NCBI RefSeq assembly: GCF_964251405.1
Contig: NZ_CAXUJR010000006.1
Span: 5,324-63,861 of the forward strand
Length of the DNA stretch: 58,538 nucleotides
Direction of reading: 5' to 3'
Source of the DNA: an uncultured Methylobacterium sp.
GTDB taxonomy: Bacteria > Pseudomonadota > Alphaproteobacteria > Rhizobiales > Beijerinckiaceae
Below the pieces are notes generated by a model. The model saw only the letters and a program-made list of their open reading frames with translations, had not been told where the DNA came from and ran no database searches. The position numbers were made by a program, and so were the translations under genes. Shown in pieces: positions 28,587 to 38,433 of the stretch (position 1 is its first letter; every line of letters starts with the position of its first letter).

Positions 28587-28695
28587 CGGCGCTCTCCCTC
28601 ACGGTTTTCGGTTTTGTGAGATCGCGCTCTTAGGCGTCAGAATCGTCGGCAGCAAGCGGGGCGCCCGGTGGAGGGCGCCCCGCAGTCTCGCCCGA

Positions 28696-28980
28696 TCAGT
28701 AGCGGTAGCGGCGGCCGTGGAAGTGGCGGCGGCCATGATGGTGGCCGAAGTGACGGCCGCGGTGATGGCCGAAATGACGGCGGTGGTGACGGCCATGGTG
28801 GCGCCAATGGCCGCCGCCATAGCGCACCTCGGCAAGATCGGAGGCCGGCGCGACGACATCGATGGGGGCCATGGCAGGCGCGGCTTCGGCGGATGAGGGG
28901 GCGCCAAGCATCATGCCGCCGACGATCGCGACGACGAGGGCGGACGACTTGACCAGTGCGGACGGGGACGGAAACTTCAT
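28696..28980 (-). CDS. Small secreted His/Arg/Gly-rich protein
   Basis: AGGAG RBS before ATG 28980; signal peptide ending AEA; tail [40 protein letters not shown]. Confidence 0.75.
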   Translation of the reverse strand: MKFPSPSALVKSSALVVAIVGGMMLGAPSSAEAAPAMAPIDVVAPASDLAEVRYGGGHWRHHGRHHRRHFGHHRGRHFGHHHGRRHFHGRRYRY

Positions 28981-29195
28981 CAGCGGGACTCCTTGAGGAA
29001 CCATGCATTCGACCGAGCCAGCCCTATTCCGGCTCGCTCGATCAGCGCTGTCAAACGCGCGACGCCGCCAAATCGCCCCCGTCTGCACGACGATTTTTTC
29101 GTGTCCTGTTCAGATCCGTCGGCATGACCACGCGACGCCGTCGCGGCTTGTGCCGCGCGTTCAACGCGGACACAGTGAGGGACTGGACAGGACCC

Positions 29196-30284
29196 GTGAC
29201 AGAGCACCCCCGACCCTTCTCGCCAAACCCAGCGCTCGCCGGCCTCGATGCGCGGGCACGGGAGATCTTCAGGCAGATCGTCGAGAGCTACCTCTCCACC
29301 GGCGAGCCCGTGGGTTCCCGCAACCTCGCGCGCATCCTGCCGATGCCGCTTTCGCCCGCCTCGATCCGCAACGTGATGGCGGACCTCGAACATTCCGGTC
29401 TGATCTTCGCACCCCACACCTCGGCCGGGCGCCTCCCCACCGAACAGGGTCTGCGCTTCTTCGTCGATGCCATGCTGGAGCTCGGCGATGTCGGACGCGA
29501 GGAGCAGGAGCGTATCGAGGCGCAGATGCGCGCGGCCGCTTCCGGCCACACCTTCGAGAGCGCCCTCGCCGAAGCCTCGACACTGCTCTCCGGGATCTCG
29601 CGCGGCGCAGGCGTCGTCGTCACCACCAAGACCAACGTGCAGCTCAAACACATCGAGTTCGTGCGCCTCGATCCCCAGCGGGCCCTCGTCGTCCTCGTCT
29701 CGGACGACGGCTCGGTGGAGAACCGTCTCCTCGACCTGCCACCCGGCTTGCCCGCAGGTGCCCTACAGGAGGCCTCGAACTACCTGAACGCGCGCCTGCA
29801 CGGCCGGACCCTCGGCGGCTTGCGTGCCGAGATCGAGGCCGGGCGCCAAGAGATGAAGCACGAACTCGACGCCATCACGGAGCGGCTGGTCGATGCCGGA
29901 CTCGCCGTGAGCGTCGGACCTACGGATGCGCGACAGCTCATCGTGCGGGGCCAAGCCAACCTTCTCGACGATTTGCGCGCGGCGGAGGATCTCGAGCGCA
30001 TCCGCCTCCTGTTCTCAGACCTTGAGACGCAGAAGGAGGTCATCGACCTCCTGTCGCGGGCCGAGGGCGGCGAGGGCGTGCGCATCTTCATCGGCTCGGA
30101 GAACAAGCTGTTCTCGCTCTCCGGCTCGTCGATGATCGCCGCACCCTTCCGGGACGGCGCACAGAAGATCGTCGGCGTAGTCGGCGTCATCGGCCCGACC
30201 CGGCTGAACTACGCGCGGATCGTCCCGATGGTCGATTACACGGCCCGGGTGGTCTCGCGGATGCTCGACCGCGGGCCGCGATAG
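29196..30284 (+). CDS. hrcA: Heat-inducible transcriptional repressor HrcA
   Basis: [36 protein letters not shown]; divergent from rph; GTG start 29196. Confidence 0.96.
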   Translation: MTEHPRPFSPNPALAGLDARAREIFRQIVESYLSTGEPVGSRNLARILPMPLSPASIRNVMADLEHSGLIFAPHTSAGRLPTEQGLRFFVDAMLELGDVGREEQERIEAQMRAAASGHTFESALAEASTLLSGISRGAGVVVTTKTNVQLKHIEFVRLDPQRALVVLVSDDGSVENRLLDLPPGLPAGALQEASNYLNARLHGRTLGGLRAEIEAGRQEMKHELDAITERLVDAGLAVSVGPTDARQLIVRGQANLLDDLRAAEDLERIRLLFSDLETQKEVIDLLSRAEGGEGVRIFIGSENKLFSLSGSSMIAAPFRDGAQKIVGVVGVIGPTRLNYARIVPMVDYTARVVSRMLDRGPR

Positions 30285-30311
30285 CTGGCACAGCCGCAAG
30301 GCTGTGCCAGC
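30284..30311. terminator. Hairpin between convergent hrcA and Gly-rich gene
   Basis: GCTGGCACAGCC-gcaa-GGCTGTGCCAGC, perfect 12-bp stem with GNRA loop. Confidence 0.65.
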
Positions 30312-30320
30312 GTTCTCTCG

Positions 30321-31187
30321 TCAGCCGCGGATGACGTCCACGATCTCGTAGGTGTCAGGATCGACGATGACGATGTCGTCGTCGACCAGCACGTAGCGGT
30401 AATCCTCGTATTCCGGCGCGATCCGGACGATGTCCGGCGGCAGGTCATACAAGGTGTAGCTGCGGGCGATCGAAGCGCCGACCGTCAGGGCGAAAGCGCC
30501 GGCGGCGAGCCGCGGCACGGAGCGGCGGAACAGGCTCTGTCGGAACTCGGTGCGCTGAGGAGCGCCGAGACGCCCGAAGGCGCCCCGTGCGGAACCACCG
30601 TCGCCGCGGGCTCCACGACCACCGCGGTCGCCCCGCTCTCCCCGGCCGTCGCGATCTGCCCGACCATCGCGATCGCCACGATCGCCGCGCTCGTTGCGCT
30701 CGCCACGCTCGCCGCGGCCATCCCGCTCCGTCCTGCCGTCGCGATCGCCGCCGCGCTGGCCCGCGCCACCACCTTCGTGGCCACCGCGGGCGCCATCCTC
30801 ACCGCCCCGGCCGGGAGCACCGCGCTCGCCGGCGCCGCCGGCCCGACCGGGCGTGCCGGCCTCGCCCGCACCGCCTGCACCGCCGCGCATTCCGCCACCG
30901 GCCTCGCCGGCACCACCGCCGCGCATGCCGCCGGCTCCGCCCGCTTCACCGGCACCGCCGGCTCCACCGCCGCGCGGGCCAGCACCGCCACCTGCACCAC
31001 CCCCTGCACCACCACCTGCGCCCATGCCGCCGCCGGCCCCACCGCCAGCGGCTCCACCAGCACCGCCGCCTGCCCCGCCGCCGGCTGCACCGCCGCCACC
31101 GCCGCCAGGGCCACCCTGGGCGACCGCCGTCGCCACGCCGGCGACCATGAGGGCCGCCGCCATCGTGCTTCGCAAGAGCTTGTTCAT
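30321..31187 (-). CDS. Secreted Gly-rich protein with C-terminal DUF1236-like domain
   Basis: Signal peptide MNKLLRSTMAAALMVAGVATAVA, Gly-rich linker, C-terminal LPPDIVRIAPEYEDYRYVLVDDDIVIVDPDTYEIVDVI. Confidence 0.82.
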   Translation of the reverse strand: MNKLLRSTMAAALMVAGVATAVAQGGPGGGGGGAAGGGAGGGAGGAAGGGAGGGMGAGGGAGGGAGGGAGPRGGGAGGAGEAGGAGGMRGGGAGEAGGGMRGGAGGAGEAGTPGRAGGAGERGAPGRGGEDGARGGHEGGGAGQRGGDRDGRTERDGRGERGERNERGDRGDRDGRADRDGRGERGDRGGRGARGDGGSARGAFGRLGAPQRTEFRQSLFRRSVPRLAAGAFALTVGASIARSYTLYDLPPDIVRIAPEYEDYRYVLVDDDIVIVDPDTYEIVDVIRG

Positions 31188-31245
31188 GAGGTCAAATCCG
31201 TTCGCAGTTGAGTGACGACGCCTCGCGACGTCGATGCGAACCCCA

Positions 31246-31271
31246 AACGACGGCGCCGACAAAAGCGTTCC
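31246..31271 (-). promoter_or_regulatory. Sigma-EcfG-type promoter
   Basis: GGAAC-N17-CGTT on minus strand, about 60 nt upstream of ATG 31187. Confidence 0.7.
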
Positions 31272-31575
31272 GCCAACATCAGATCTGGTCTTGAAGAGCT
31301 GGGCGTTCCGATCGTACGTCTTCGTGGCCAAGCTTGTCGGACGTCACCTTCATGCAGTCCTTGCTGGCCCGACGACTTTGCCGGACCAAACGAATAGCCA
31401 AGCTTTCCTGGAATATCCGTGAGGGCGGCGGGAATTGAAACGGCCGCTCGGCCCTTGAGCCAGGATCCCTTGCCGTCGCTGACGAGGAACCCTGGCGCCT
31501 CGCCGCAATCGCGACGCGCGTCGCGTCAGCGTCATGGGAAGAACGACTCGCCTGCCCTGACGAGTCGATCGCCGC

Positions 31576-32655
31576 TCACCCCACGGCGTCGGCCACCGCC
31601 CGGCCGCAGGTGGCCGTGTCGGCGGTGCCTTTCAGGTCCCCGGTCCGTGTGGCCTCGTTCGACAGCACCCGCTCGATGGCCGAGACGATCCCGGCGGCCG
31701 CCTCCGCTTCGCCGAGATGCTCCAGCATCATCGCGCCGGACCAGATTTGGCCGATCGGGTTGGCGATGCCTTTCCCGGCGATGTCCGGCGCCGAGCCGTG
31801 GACGGGCTCGAACAGTGAAGGAAATGTCCGCTCCGGGTTGATGTTGCCCGAGGGCGCGATGCCGATCGTGCCGGTGCAGGCGGGTCCGAGGTCGGACAGG
31901 ATGTCGCCGAAGAGATTCGAGGCTACCACCACGTCGAAGCGGTCCGGGTTTAGCACGAACTGCGCCGTCAGGATGTCGATGTGGTACTGATCCCATCGGA
32001 TCCCGGGGTAGCCCTCCGCCACCGCCTTCACCCGCTCGTCCCAGTACGGCATGGTGATCGAGATGCCGTTGGATTTCGTCGCCGAGGTGAGGTGGCGCTT
32101 GGGTCGCGTCTTCGCGAGGTCGAAGGCGAAGCGCAGCACGCGGTCGGTGCCGAAGCGCGTGAAGATCGATTCCTGCATCGCGAATTCGCGGTCTGTGCCC
32201 GGGAACATGCGGCCGCCGGCATTGGAATACTCGCCCTCGGTGTTCTCGCGGACCACCCAGAAGTCGATGTCGCCGGGCTCGCGACCGACGAGCGGGCACG
32301 GCACCCCCGGCATCAGCCGCACCGGGCGCAGGTTGACGTACTGGTCGAACTCCCGCCTGAACAGGATCAGGGAGCCCCACAGGGAGATGTGGTCGGGGAC
32401 CTGGTCGGGCATGCCGACGGCACCGAAATAGATCGCGTCGTGCGAGCCGATCTGCGCCTTCCAGTCCTCCGGCATCATCCGGCCATGGGCGGCGTAGTAG
32501 TCGCAGCTTGCGAAGTCGAACACGTCGAGATCGAGGGTGAAGCCGTAGCGTGAGGCGGCCCGTTCGAGGACGCGCACTCCCTCGGGCATCACCTCCTTGC
32601 CGATCCCGTCCCCGGCGATGACGGCGATGCGATGGTGGCGTCCGGCCTTCGTCAT
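31576..32655 (-). CDS. Tartrate dehydrogenase/D-malate dehydrogenase (decarboxylating)
   Basis: GDGIGKEVMPEG, FDQYVNLRP, RENTEGEY, SATKSNGISITMPYWDE, NLFGDILSD, FEPVHGSAPDI. Confidence 0.92.
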   Translation of the reverse strand: MTKAGRHHRIAVIAGDGIGKEVMPEGVRVLERAASRYGFTLDLDVFDFASCDYYAAHGRMMPEDWKAQIGSHDAIYFGAVGMPDQVPDHISLWGSLILFRREFDQYVNLRPVRLMPGVPCPLVGREPGDIDFWVVRENTEGEYSNAGGRMFPGTDREFAMQESIFTRFGTDRVLRFAFDLAKTRPKRHLTSATKSNGISITMPYWDERVKAVAEGYPGIRWDQYHIDILTAQFVLNPDRFDVVVASNLFGDILSDLGPACTGTIGIAPSGNINPERTFPSLFEPVHGSAPDIAGKGIANPIGQIWSGAMMLEHLGEAEAAAGIVSAIERVLSNEATRTGDLKGTADTATCGRAVADAVG

Positions 32656-32749
32656 GGCTCTTTCTCCCGATTGAACTTTTCGCGCCGGGTCTGGATCGCG
32701 GGGCTGCCGTCGTCAATCGTCGGGTGGGTCCGAAGGGTCCTTGGACCCG

Positions 32750-34597
32750 CTACACCGCCTCGCCGACCATGGCCTGCCTCTGCCGGTCGAGCTCCTCGCT
32801 GTAGCGCTTGAGCGTATGGCTCTCGGTGAGGAGGCCGATGACCCGGCGGGTGTCGCGGGATTCCAGCACGGCCAGCGCCTCGCTCTCGCTGCGGTCGAAG
32901 GCGGCCGCCGCCGCCTTGGCGTTCATCTCAGGGAGGAGGAAGGCGTCGGGATAGCGCACGAGGTCGGTGAGGCGCGGAGGGTCGTCCGCTCGGGCTGCGG
33001 CCTGGCGGGCCGCCTCGTGAGCCTCGGGGACCAGCACGATCCCGGCATACCGGTCGGCGTCGTCGACCACGATGACCCGCGAGGACGAGCCGAGGGGATG
33101 CTCGGCGAGGAACGCCGGGAGTGACGTCGTCAGGTCCACCGTGGTGGCGTCCCGGCGCATCAGGGCGGCCACGGTGAGGCTGCGGATCCAGCCGACGTCG
33201 TGGGCGCTGCGGATGCTCTCGCCGCGCAGGTGAAAGCGCCAGGTCGCGAAGGAATACCCGAAGGTCTTTCTAACCGTGAGCGACGAGGCGATCACCGCAA
33301 CCAGCACGAGCCCGGTGATCGGGAAGCTGCCGGTGAGCTCGAGTGCCAGGAACGTCATGGTGAGTGGGCCGCCGACGACCGCTACGGCGAGCGCGCTCAT
33401 TCCGACCACGCCGTAGGCGAGCGGGGTAAGGCCGAAGGCGACGAGGCCCGGCAGCACCTCCGGCATCAGCGCGGCGAAGCATTTGCCCGCCAGCCCTCCG
33501 AGGAAGAGGGAGGCGAAGAACAGGCCCCCGCGAAATCCACAGCCGATCGAGATTGCCGAGGCGGCGGCCTTGGCCAGGAACAGGACGGCCAGTGCGAGGG
33601 CGCCGATGGCCGGTCCATCCGCCTCGAACTGCAAGTGCAGGGCGCCGTGCCCGCCTGAGAGGATCTGCGGCGAGACCGCCAGAGCGAGGCCTCCGACGCA
33701 GAAGCCCCCGAGCATCGGCGCTACGGCGGCCGGAACGCGGCTCGCCCGGATGCCCGACTCCACCAGGGTGACGGCGCGCATGATCCCGACCCCGAGAGCG
33801 GCGCAGATCAAACCCAGCATCAGGCTCGGCAGCGTATCGATGGCCGTGATGGCGCCGGTCACGAAGCTCCCCGGCTGGACCCCGGCCACCAGTGCGGGCT
33901 GCGCAACCAGTGCCTTGGCGACGAGGCTGCCGCACAGGGCGGACACCACCACCGGGGTCAGGATCGCGATGGAGTAGGTGCCGATGATCAACTCGAAGGC
34001 GTAGAACGCCCCCGTCAGCGGCGCCTCGAAGGCCGCCGCGATGGCGGCGGCAGAACCGCAGCCCACCAGGGTGCGCAGGTCCGAGCGGCGGAGCTCGAAG
34101 GCGATGCCGAGCCGCGACGCGAAGCCCGCGCAGAGCTGCGTGTACCCCGCCTCCAGCCCCACCGAGGCGCCGCTCCCGTTCGAGACGACGTTCTGGACCG
34201 CGACGAGACCGGAATCGCGTACCGACATCCGCCCGCCATGGAGGGCATTGGCCTCGATCGGGTCGATCATCGCCCGCCGCGGCCGTTCCGGTCGCGACAG
34301 GACGAACAGCAGGAGGCCCAGGAGCGCCCCGCCGATCGCCGGCCCGATCACGACGAGAACCGGTTCGAGATCGGTGGCCGCACTGAGGCGCGTGCCCGGC
34401 GCGATCTGGTAGAGGAGTTCGCGAAGGCCCTGCGCGGCGACGCCCATCGCCGCCACGGCGACACCGGCGCCGCAGCCGACAAGGCCGGCAAGCCCCACGA
34501 GCCCGATCTCCCCGCCGCGGACCAGCGCCCGAAGCCGCGCCGGGACCGTGATGAAACGGACGAGCCCGGGCCGCATGGGCGGGGTATGGATCGTCAC
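32750..34597 (-). CDS. ClC family chloride channel/transporter with CBS domains
   Basis: GASVGLEAG, AFEAPLTGAFYAFE, GFRGGLFFASL, C-terminal CBS pair; start 34597 or 34576. Confidence 0.88.
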   Translation of the reverse strand: MTIHTPPMRPGLVRFITVPARLRALVRGGEIGLVGLAGLVGCGAGVAVAAMGVAAQGLRELLYQIAPGTRLSAATDLEPVLVVIGPAIGGALLGLLLFVLSRPERPRRAMIDPIEANALHGGRMSVRDSGLVAVQNVVSNGSGASVGLEAGYTQLCAGFASRLGIAFELRRSDLRTLVGCGSAAAIAAAFEAPLTGAFYAFELIIGTYSIAILTPVVVSALCGSLVAKALVAQPALVAGVQPGSFVTGAITAIDTLPSLMLGLICAALGVGIMRAVTLVESGIRASRVPAAVAPMLGGFCVGGLALAVSPQILSGGHGALHLQFEADGPAIGALALAVLFLAKAAASAISIGCGFRGGLFFASLFLGGLAGKCFAALMPEVLPGLVAFGLTPLAYGVVGMSALAVAVVGGPLTMTFLALELTGSFPITGLVLVAVIASSLTVRKTFGYSFATWRFHLRGESIRSAHDVGWIRSLTVAALMRRDATTVDLTTSLPAFLAEHPLGSSSRVIVVDDADRYAGIVLVPEAHEAARQAAARADDPPRLTDLVRYPDAFLLPEMNAKAAAAAFDRSESEALAVLESRDTRRVIGLLTESHTLKRYSEELDRQRQAMVGEAV

Positions 34598-34770
34598 CGT
34601 GGAACCGGACCTGCCGCGCCAAGCCCGCGGCCGCCCATCTCGCACTGTCTTCCGACCATCGCCATCCGGCCATGGAGGCGCCGAGGCCGATCCTCGTCAA
34701 GGCGAATTCGGCCTAGGATGCTTCGCCCGCTTGAAAAGGCGGCAAGGCCAGGATACATCGCCCGCTCAGT

Positions 34771-34847
34771 GCCGCCGTAGCTCAGTTGGTTAGAGCACCA
34801 GATTGTGGATCTGGGGGTCCCCCGTTCGAGCCGGGGCGGTGGTACCA
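34771..34847 (+). tRNA. tRNA-His (GTG)
   Basis: Cloverleaf: acceptor GCCGCCG/CGGTGGT, D-arm, anticodon arm CCAGA-TTGTGGA-TCTGG, GTTCGAG T-loop, encoded ACCA end. Confidence 0.96.
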
Positions 34848-35116
34848 AAGTTCGAATCCGCGATCGGGCGTCGGCTTTCCCCTCTCCGCTTTTAGCGCGA
34901 TCCTCCTACGTTCGCCCGGCAAGACGTATGCGCCGGCAAGTTGCGCACGGCGTCTACCGGCAACCGGACGCGAGAGAGCCGGCGCGACCGTCGCCTCCCC
35001 GTCTTCGGCTTAGGCGGCGGGTTAGGAGGAAACTGCCCCGGTTCGCCAGGGCCGCCCGCTGCCCGCTGCCATCCTCGTCTTCAAGCCTGGAAAACTGCGA
35101 TATCGCGGCGCGGCCT

Positions 35117-35141
35117 GCAACCTATGGCCAAGCCTGCCGTT
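35117..35141 (+). promoter_or_regulatory. Sigma-EcfG-type promoter candidate
   Basis: GCAAC-N16-CGTT (one mismatch to GGAAC), 100 nt upstream of the LOV kinase. Confidence 0.5.
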
Positions 35142-35240
35142 ATCGCGCCACATTCGTTCATGCGCGCAGTGGCGCAGTCACCCCGCCGCAACCAGAGCGA
35201 GCGCCGAAGGTGATCGAGACCATGCGGAGAGACAGGCACG

Positions 35241-36350
35241 ATGGAACCGGCTGAAGCATGGCGCCTCACCGACAGGCTCATCAACGAACACGGCAAGGGC
35301 GACCCTTTTGCCGCCGCGGTGCGCGCGACCCGCATGGCGATGATCATCACCGACCCGCGTCAGGACGACAACCCGATCGCGTTCGTTAACGACGCGTTCT
35401 GCAGCCTGACGGGATACGACCGTGACGAGATCATGGGGCGCAACTGCCGTTTTCTTCAGGGGGCCGAGACCGACCGGGGCGCAGTGAAACTCCTGAGCGA
35501 GGCGATTCAGGCGCGCCGCGATATCGGCATCGACCTCTTGAACTATCGTAAGGACGGCACGGCCTTCTGGAACGCCCTCTATGTCAGCCCGGTCACCAAC
35601 GAAGCGGGCGAGCTGCTGTATTTCTTCGCCTCGCAGCTCGACATCACTGACCGGGTCGACGCGCTGCAGCGGACGCAGAGCGAGAAGGACCGCTTCGAAC
35701 GTGAAGTTGCGGCGCGAACCCGCGATCTTACCGACGCGCTGGCCGCCAAGACGATGCTGGTCCACGAGGTCGATCACAGGGTCAAGAACAACCTGCAGAT
35801 GATCTCCTCGCTGCTGACGATGCAGACCCGCAACATCACCGATCCGGATGCCAAGGCGTCGATGGAGCAGATGCTTCTCCGCGTCGAAGCCCTGGGGACG
35901 GTCCACCGGCGCCTCTACCAGTCGAACAACGTCGAGCGGTTCGACGTGGCCGAGTTCGCCCGTGACCTCGCCACCGACCTCATCCGCGGCTCCGGCCGGT
36001 CCGACATCCACCTGCATCTCGATCTGGAGGCGGTCGAGATCCCGGTGGAGAAGGCGCCGCCCGTCGCGCTGATGATGAACGAGCTGCTGACCAACGCGCT
36101 CAAGCACGCCTTCGCCGACGAGCGGCCGGGCAGGCTCTCCGTTACGGTCCGCCCGGATGCGACCCATTTCGGGATCAAGATCGTGGACGACGGTGTCGGG
36201 ATGCCGGGCCAGCCGCTCGGTAAGAATTCCTTCGGCAAGCGCCTCATCGAAACGCTGGCCCGCCAGCTCAACGCCAGTATCGGCTGGCAGCCCGCCGATC
36301 CCGGAACCCGGATCGACATCCGTCTGCCGCGCGAGTTGGCCGACACCTAG
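35241..36350 (+). CDS. LOV-domain blue-light histidine kinase (HisKA_2/HWE-related)
   Basis: [17 protein letters not shown] with photoactive Cys, [11 protein letters not shown]; [28 protein letters not shown]. Confidence 0.93.
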   Translation: MEPAEAWRLTDRLINEHGKGDPFAAAVRATRMAMIITDPRQDDNPIAFVNDAFCSLTGYDRDEIMGRNCRFLQGAETDRGAVKLLSEAIQARRDIGIDLLNYRKDGTAFWNALYVSPVTNEAGELLYFFASQLDITDRVDALQRTQSEKDRFEREVAARTRDLTDALAAKTMLVHEVDHRVKNNLQMISSLLTMQTRNITDPDAKASMEQMLLRVEALGTVHRRLYQSNNVERFDVAEFARDLATDLIRGSGRSDIHLHLDLEAVEIPVEKAPPVALMMNELLTNALKHAFADERPGRLSVTVRPDATHFGIKIVDDGVGMPGQPLGKNSFGKRLIETLARQLNASIGWQPADPGTRIDIRLPRELADT

Positions 36351-36358
36351 GAGCAACC

Positions 36359-36844
36359 GTGAATGACGAGCCACTCAGAGTCCTGATCGTCGAAGACGAA
36401 GCCGTGCTCGTCATGCAGCTCGAAATGCTGGTGGAAGACAGGGGGCACGTCGTCGTCGGTACGGCCTATTCGGCATCCGAAGCGATCGCCCTGGCGCGCG
36501 CGACGCGGCCCGACCTCGCCTTCGTGGACCTGCAGCTCCAGGGCCGTTCCTCCGGGATCGATGTCGCCCGCGCCATCCGCGACATGGAGGGTGTCACGAT
36601 CGTGTTCGTGACCGCCAATGCCGCGGCGCTCGCGGATGACTTCGAGGGCGGCGCAGCCGTGATCGCCAAGCCGTTTTCCGTAGCGCTCATGAGGAACAGC
36701 CTGCCGTATATCGAACAATGCGTTCGGCAGCCGCCACCGAAGTTGGATCTGCCGCTCGGGATGCGTCTGGCTCCGGCCTACCTCGCGCACTTGGAGAGCC
36801 TACGGGCCGGAACCACCATCAGCGCCGTGACGAAGGCCCTTTGA
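36359..36844 (+). CDS. Response regulator receiver protein, partner of the LOV kinase
   Basis: IVEDE, FVDLQL, FVTAN, AKPF; 8 nt after the kinase stop. Confidence 0.88.
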   Translation: MNDEPLRVLIVEDEAVLVMQLEMLVEDRGHVVVGTAYSASEAIALARATRPDLAFVDLQLQGRSSGIDVARAIRDMEGVTIVFVTANAAALADDFEGGAAVIAKPFSVALMRNSLPYIEQCVRQPPPKLDLPLGMRLAPAYLAHLESLRAGTTISAVTKAL

Positions 36845-37153
36845 GGTCCATCGCCGAGGTATTCTGCTATCTCCCAAATCCTCGCCGTGATGTCCGGGTC
36901 GAAACGGGCGTGCGAGGCTTCAAACCTCGTCCTGTCACGGCGTCTGCGGTCTGAAGGTGCCGGACGCGGCCAGCGGGCGATCCCCGGTCCAAGCCAAAAG
37001 GCGTCGCAGTTGCGCCTTCCACCCGCGTCCCATGGTGCCACGGCTTTGCCACAAGCGCAGCCGTGTTGTCGCCACAACTGTCAACGCATGTGTTGCCGAG
37101 GCAGCGCGGGTCGCGCGGAATCAGGGAGCGTCGTGTCGCAGATGCAAGGTCGC

Positions 37154-38293
37154 ATGATTGGATCGTCGCGGACTCCTCTCGGCCCTCGTTACGTGGCTCC
37201 TCCGGGAGCTGCCGTTCCATCTCACGACGTCATCAGCTTCGGGACACGCGTCGGCCGTGACCACGGCAGCAGGCCCGCACTGGTCCGGTCGCTCGTCGCG
37301 ATGTCGATCCTGGCCGCCGGCCTCGGCGCGCTGGTCGCCCGCGGTGGCGACCTGAGTGCCGTCGGTATCGGCGCGGCCGTGGCGTCCTCGTCGGCAGCGA
37401 TGCCCCTGCCAATGCCCAAACCCCGCATCCAGCTCGTCGCTTCGGCGATCCTGCCCGCAGCGCCCACCGTCCTGACTTCGTCCTCGGCCTTCGCGCCGAT
37501 CCACGATCTCGACACCGAGATCGGCTCGAACGCCGTCGATCGGGTCTCCTACGACTACCTGCTGACCGAGAGCGCGATCGGCGACCCCAACGACATCCTC
37601 GAGTTCGGGCCGATGAAGATCCGTCGCCACCTCGTGCAGAAGATCGTCCGCGCCGCGCAGGCCGTGCAGACCGATCCGGTGCTGCTAATGGCCGTGGCCG
37701 ACAAGGAGTCGAGCTTCATCACCGAGGTTCAGGCCAAGACCTCCTCGGCCACCGGGCTCTACCAGTTCATCGAGCGGACCTGGCTCGGTGTGATTCGCGA
37801 TTTCGGCCCAAAATACGGCCTGACCCAGGATGCTGCCCTCGTTGTGTCGGGCGAGAACGGCCGCCCGAACGTCGCCGACCCGGCCGAGCGCAGCCGTATC
37901 CTCGAGCTGCGCCGCGACCCCTACCTGTCGGCCTTGATGGCCGGCGAGATGCTCAAGCGGGACGCCTCGCGGATCGCCCTGAGGATCGGACGCGACCTCA
38001 CCCTCGGCGAAGTCTACCTCGCGCACTTCCTCGGCGTCGACGACGCGGAGGATTTCCTGGCCAAGGTCGCCGACAAGCCCAAGGCCGCCGCGGCGCAGAT
38101 GCTGCCCGGACCGGCGCGGGCCAACCGTTCGATCTTCTTCGCCGCCCAGCGGGGTCGCAAGAAGGCGGCGAGCCTCTCGGTGGCCGAGGTCCACGGGAAA
38201 TTCGAGTCCATGATGAGCACCCGCGGCGCCCGCTACCGCGACGTCCGTTCCATGGCGGGCATCCTCGCCTACGCCGACGCCACCGTGGAGTGA
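37154..38293 (+). CDS. Lytic transglycosylase SLT-like protein
   Basis: KESSF, SSATGLYQFIERTWL, YLAHFLG; N-terminal TM; start uncertain. Confidence 0.82.
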   Translation: MIGSSRTPLGPRYVAPPGAAVPSHDVISFGTRVGRDHGSRPALVRSLVAMSILAAGLGALVARGGDLSAVGIGAAVASSSAAMPLPMPKPRIQLVASAILPAAPTVLTSSSAFAPIHDLDTEIGSNAVDRVSYDYLLTESAIGDPNDILEFGPMKIRRHLVQKIVRAAQAVQTDPVLLMAVADKESSFITEVQAKTSSATGLYQFIERTWLGVIRDFGPKYGLTQDAALVVSGENGRPNVADPAERSRILELRRDPYLSALMAGEMLKRDASRIALRIGRDLTLGEVYLAHFLGVDDAEDFLAKVADKPKAAAAQMLPGPARANRSIFFAAQRGRKKAASLSVAEVHGKFESMMSTRGARYRDVRSMAGILAYADATVE

Positions 38294-38433
38294 CTCCGAA
38301 AGCTCCCCGTTCGACCTCGCCCCGGACGGCCACCTTTGCAAATTTTCGCAACCGATGACCGGCTGCGGGCTTTAACATAGGTGTCGCCGCATCCGCGCGG
38401 ATCGCGATACGGACAGCTTTGAGGAGATCCGAC

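Noticed and set aside
30780-31110. Repetitive GC-rich tract as a CRISPR array or a Pro-rich plus-strand gene
   Set aside because: Explained by Gly/Ala codons of the minus-strand gene; no repeat-spacer periodicity and no cas genes
34848-35240. Integrative element inserted at tRNA-His
   Set aside because: No integrase beside the tRNA and no duplicated tRNA 3' end noticed in the window
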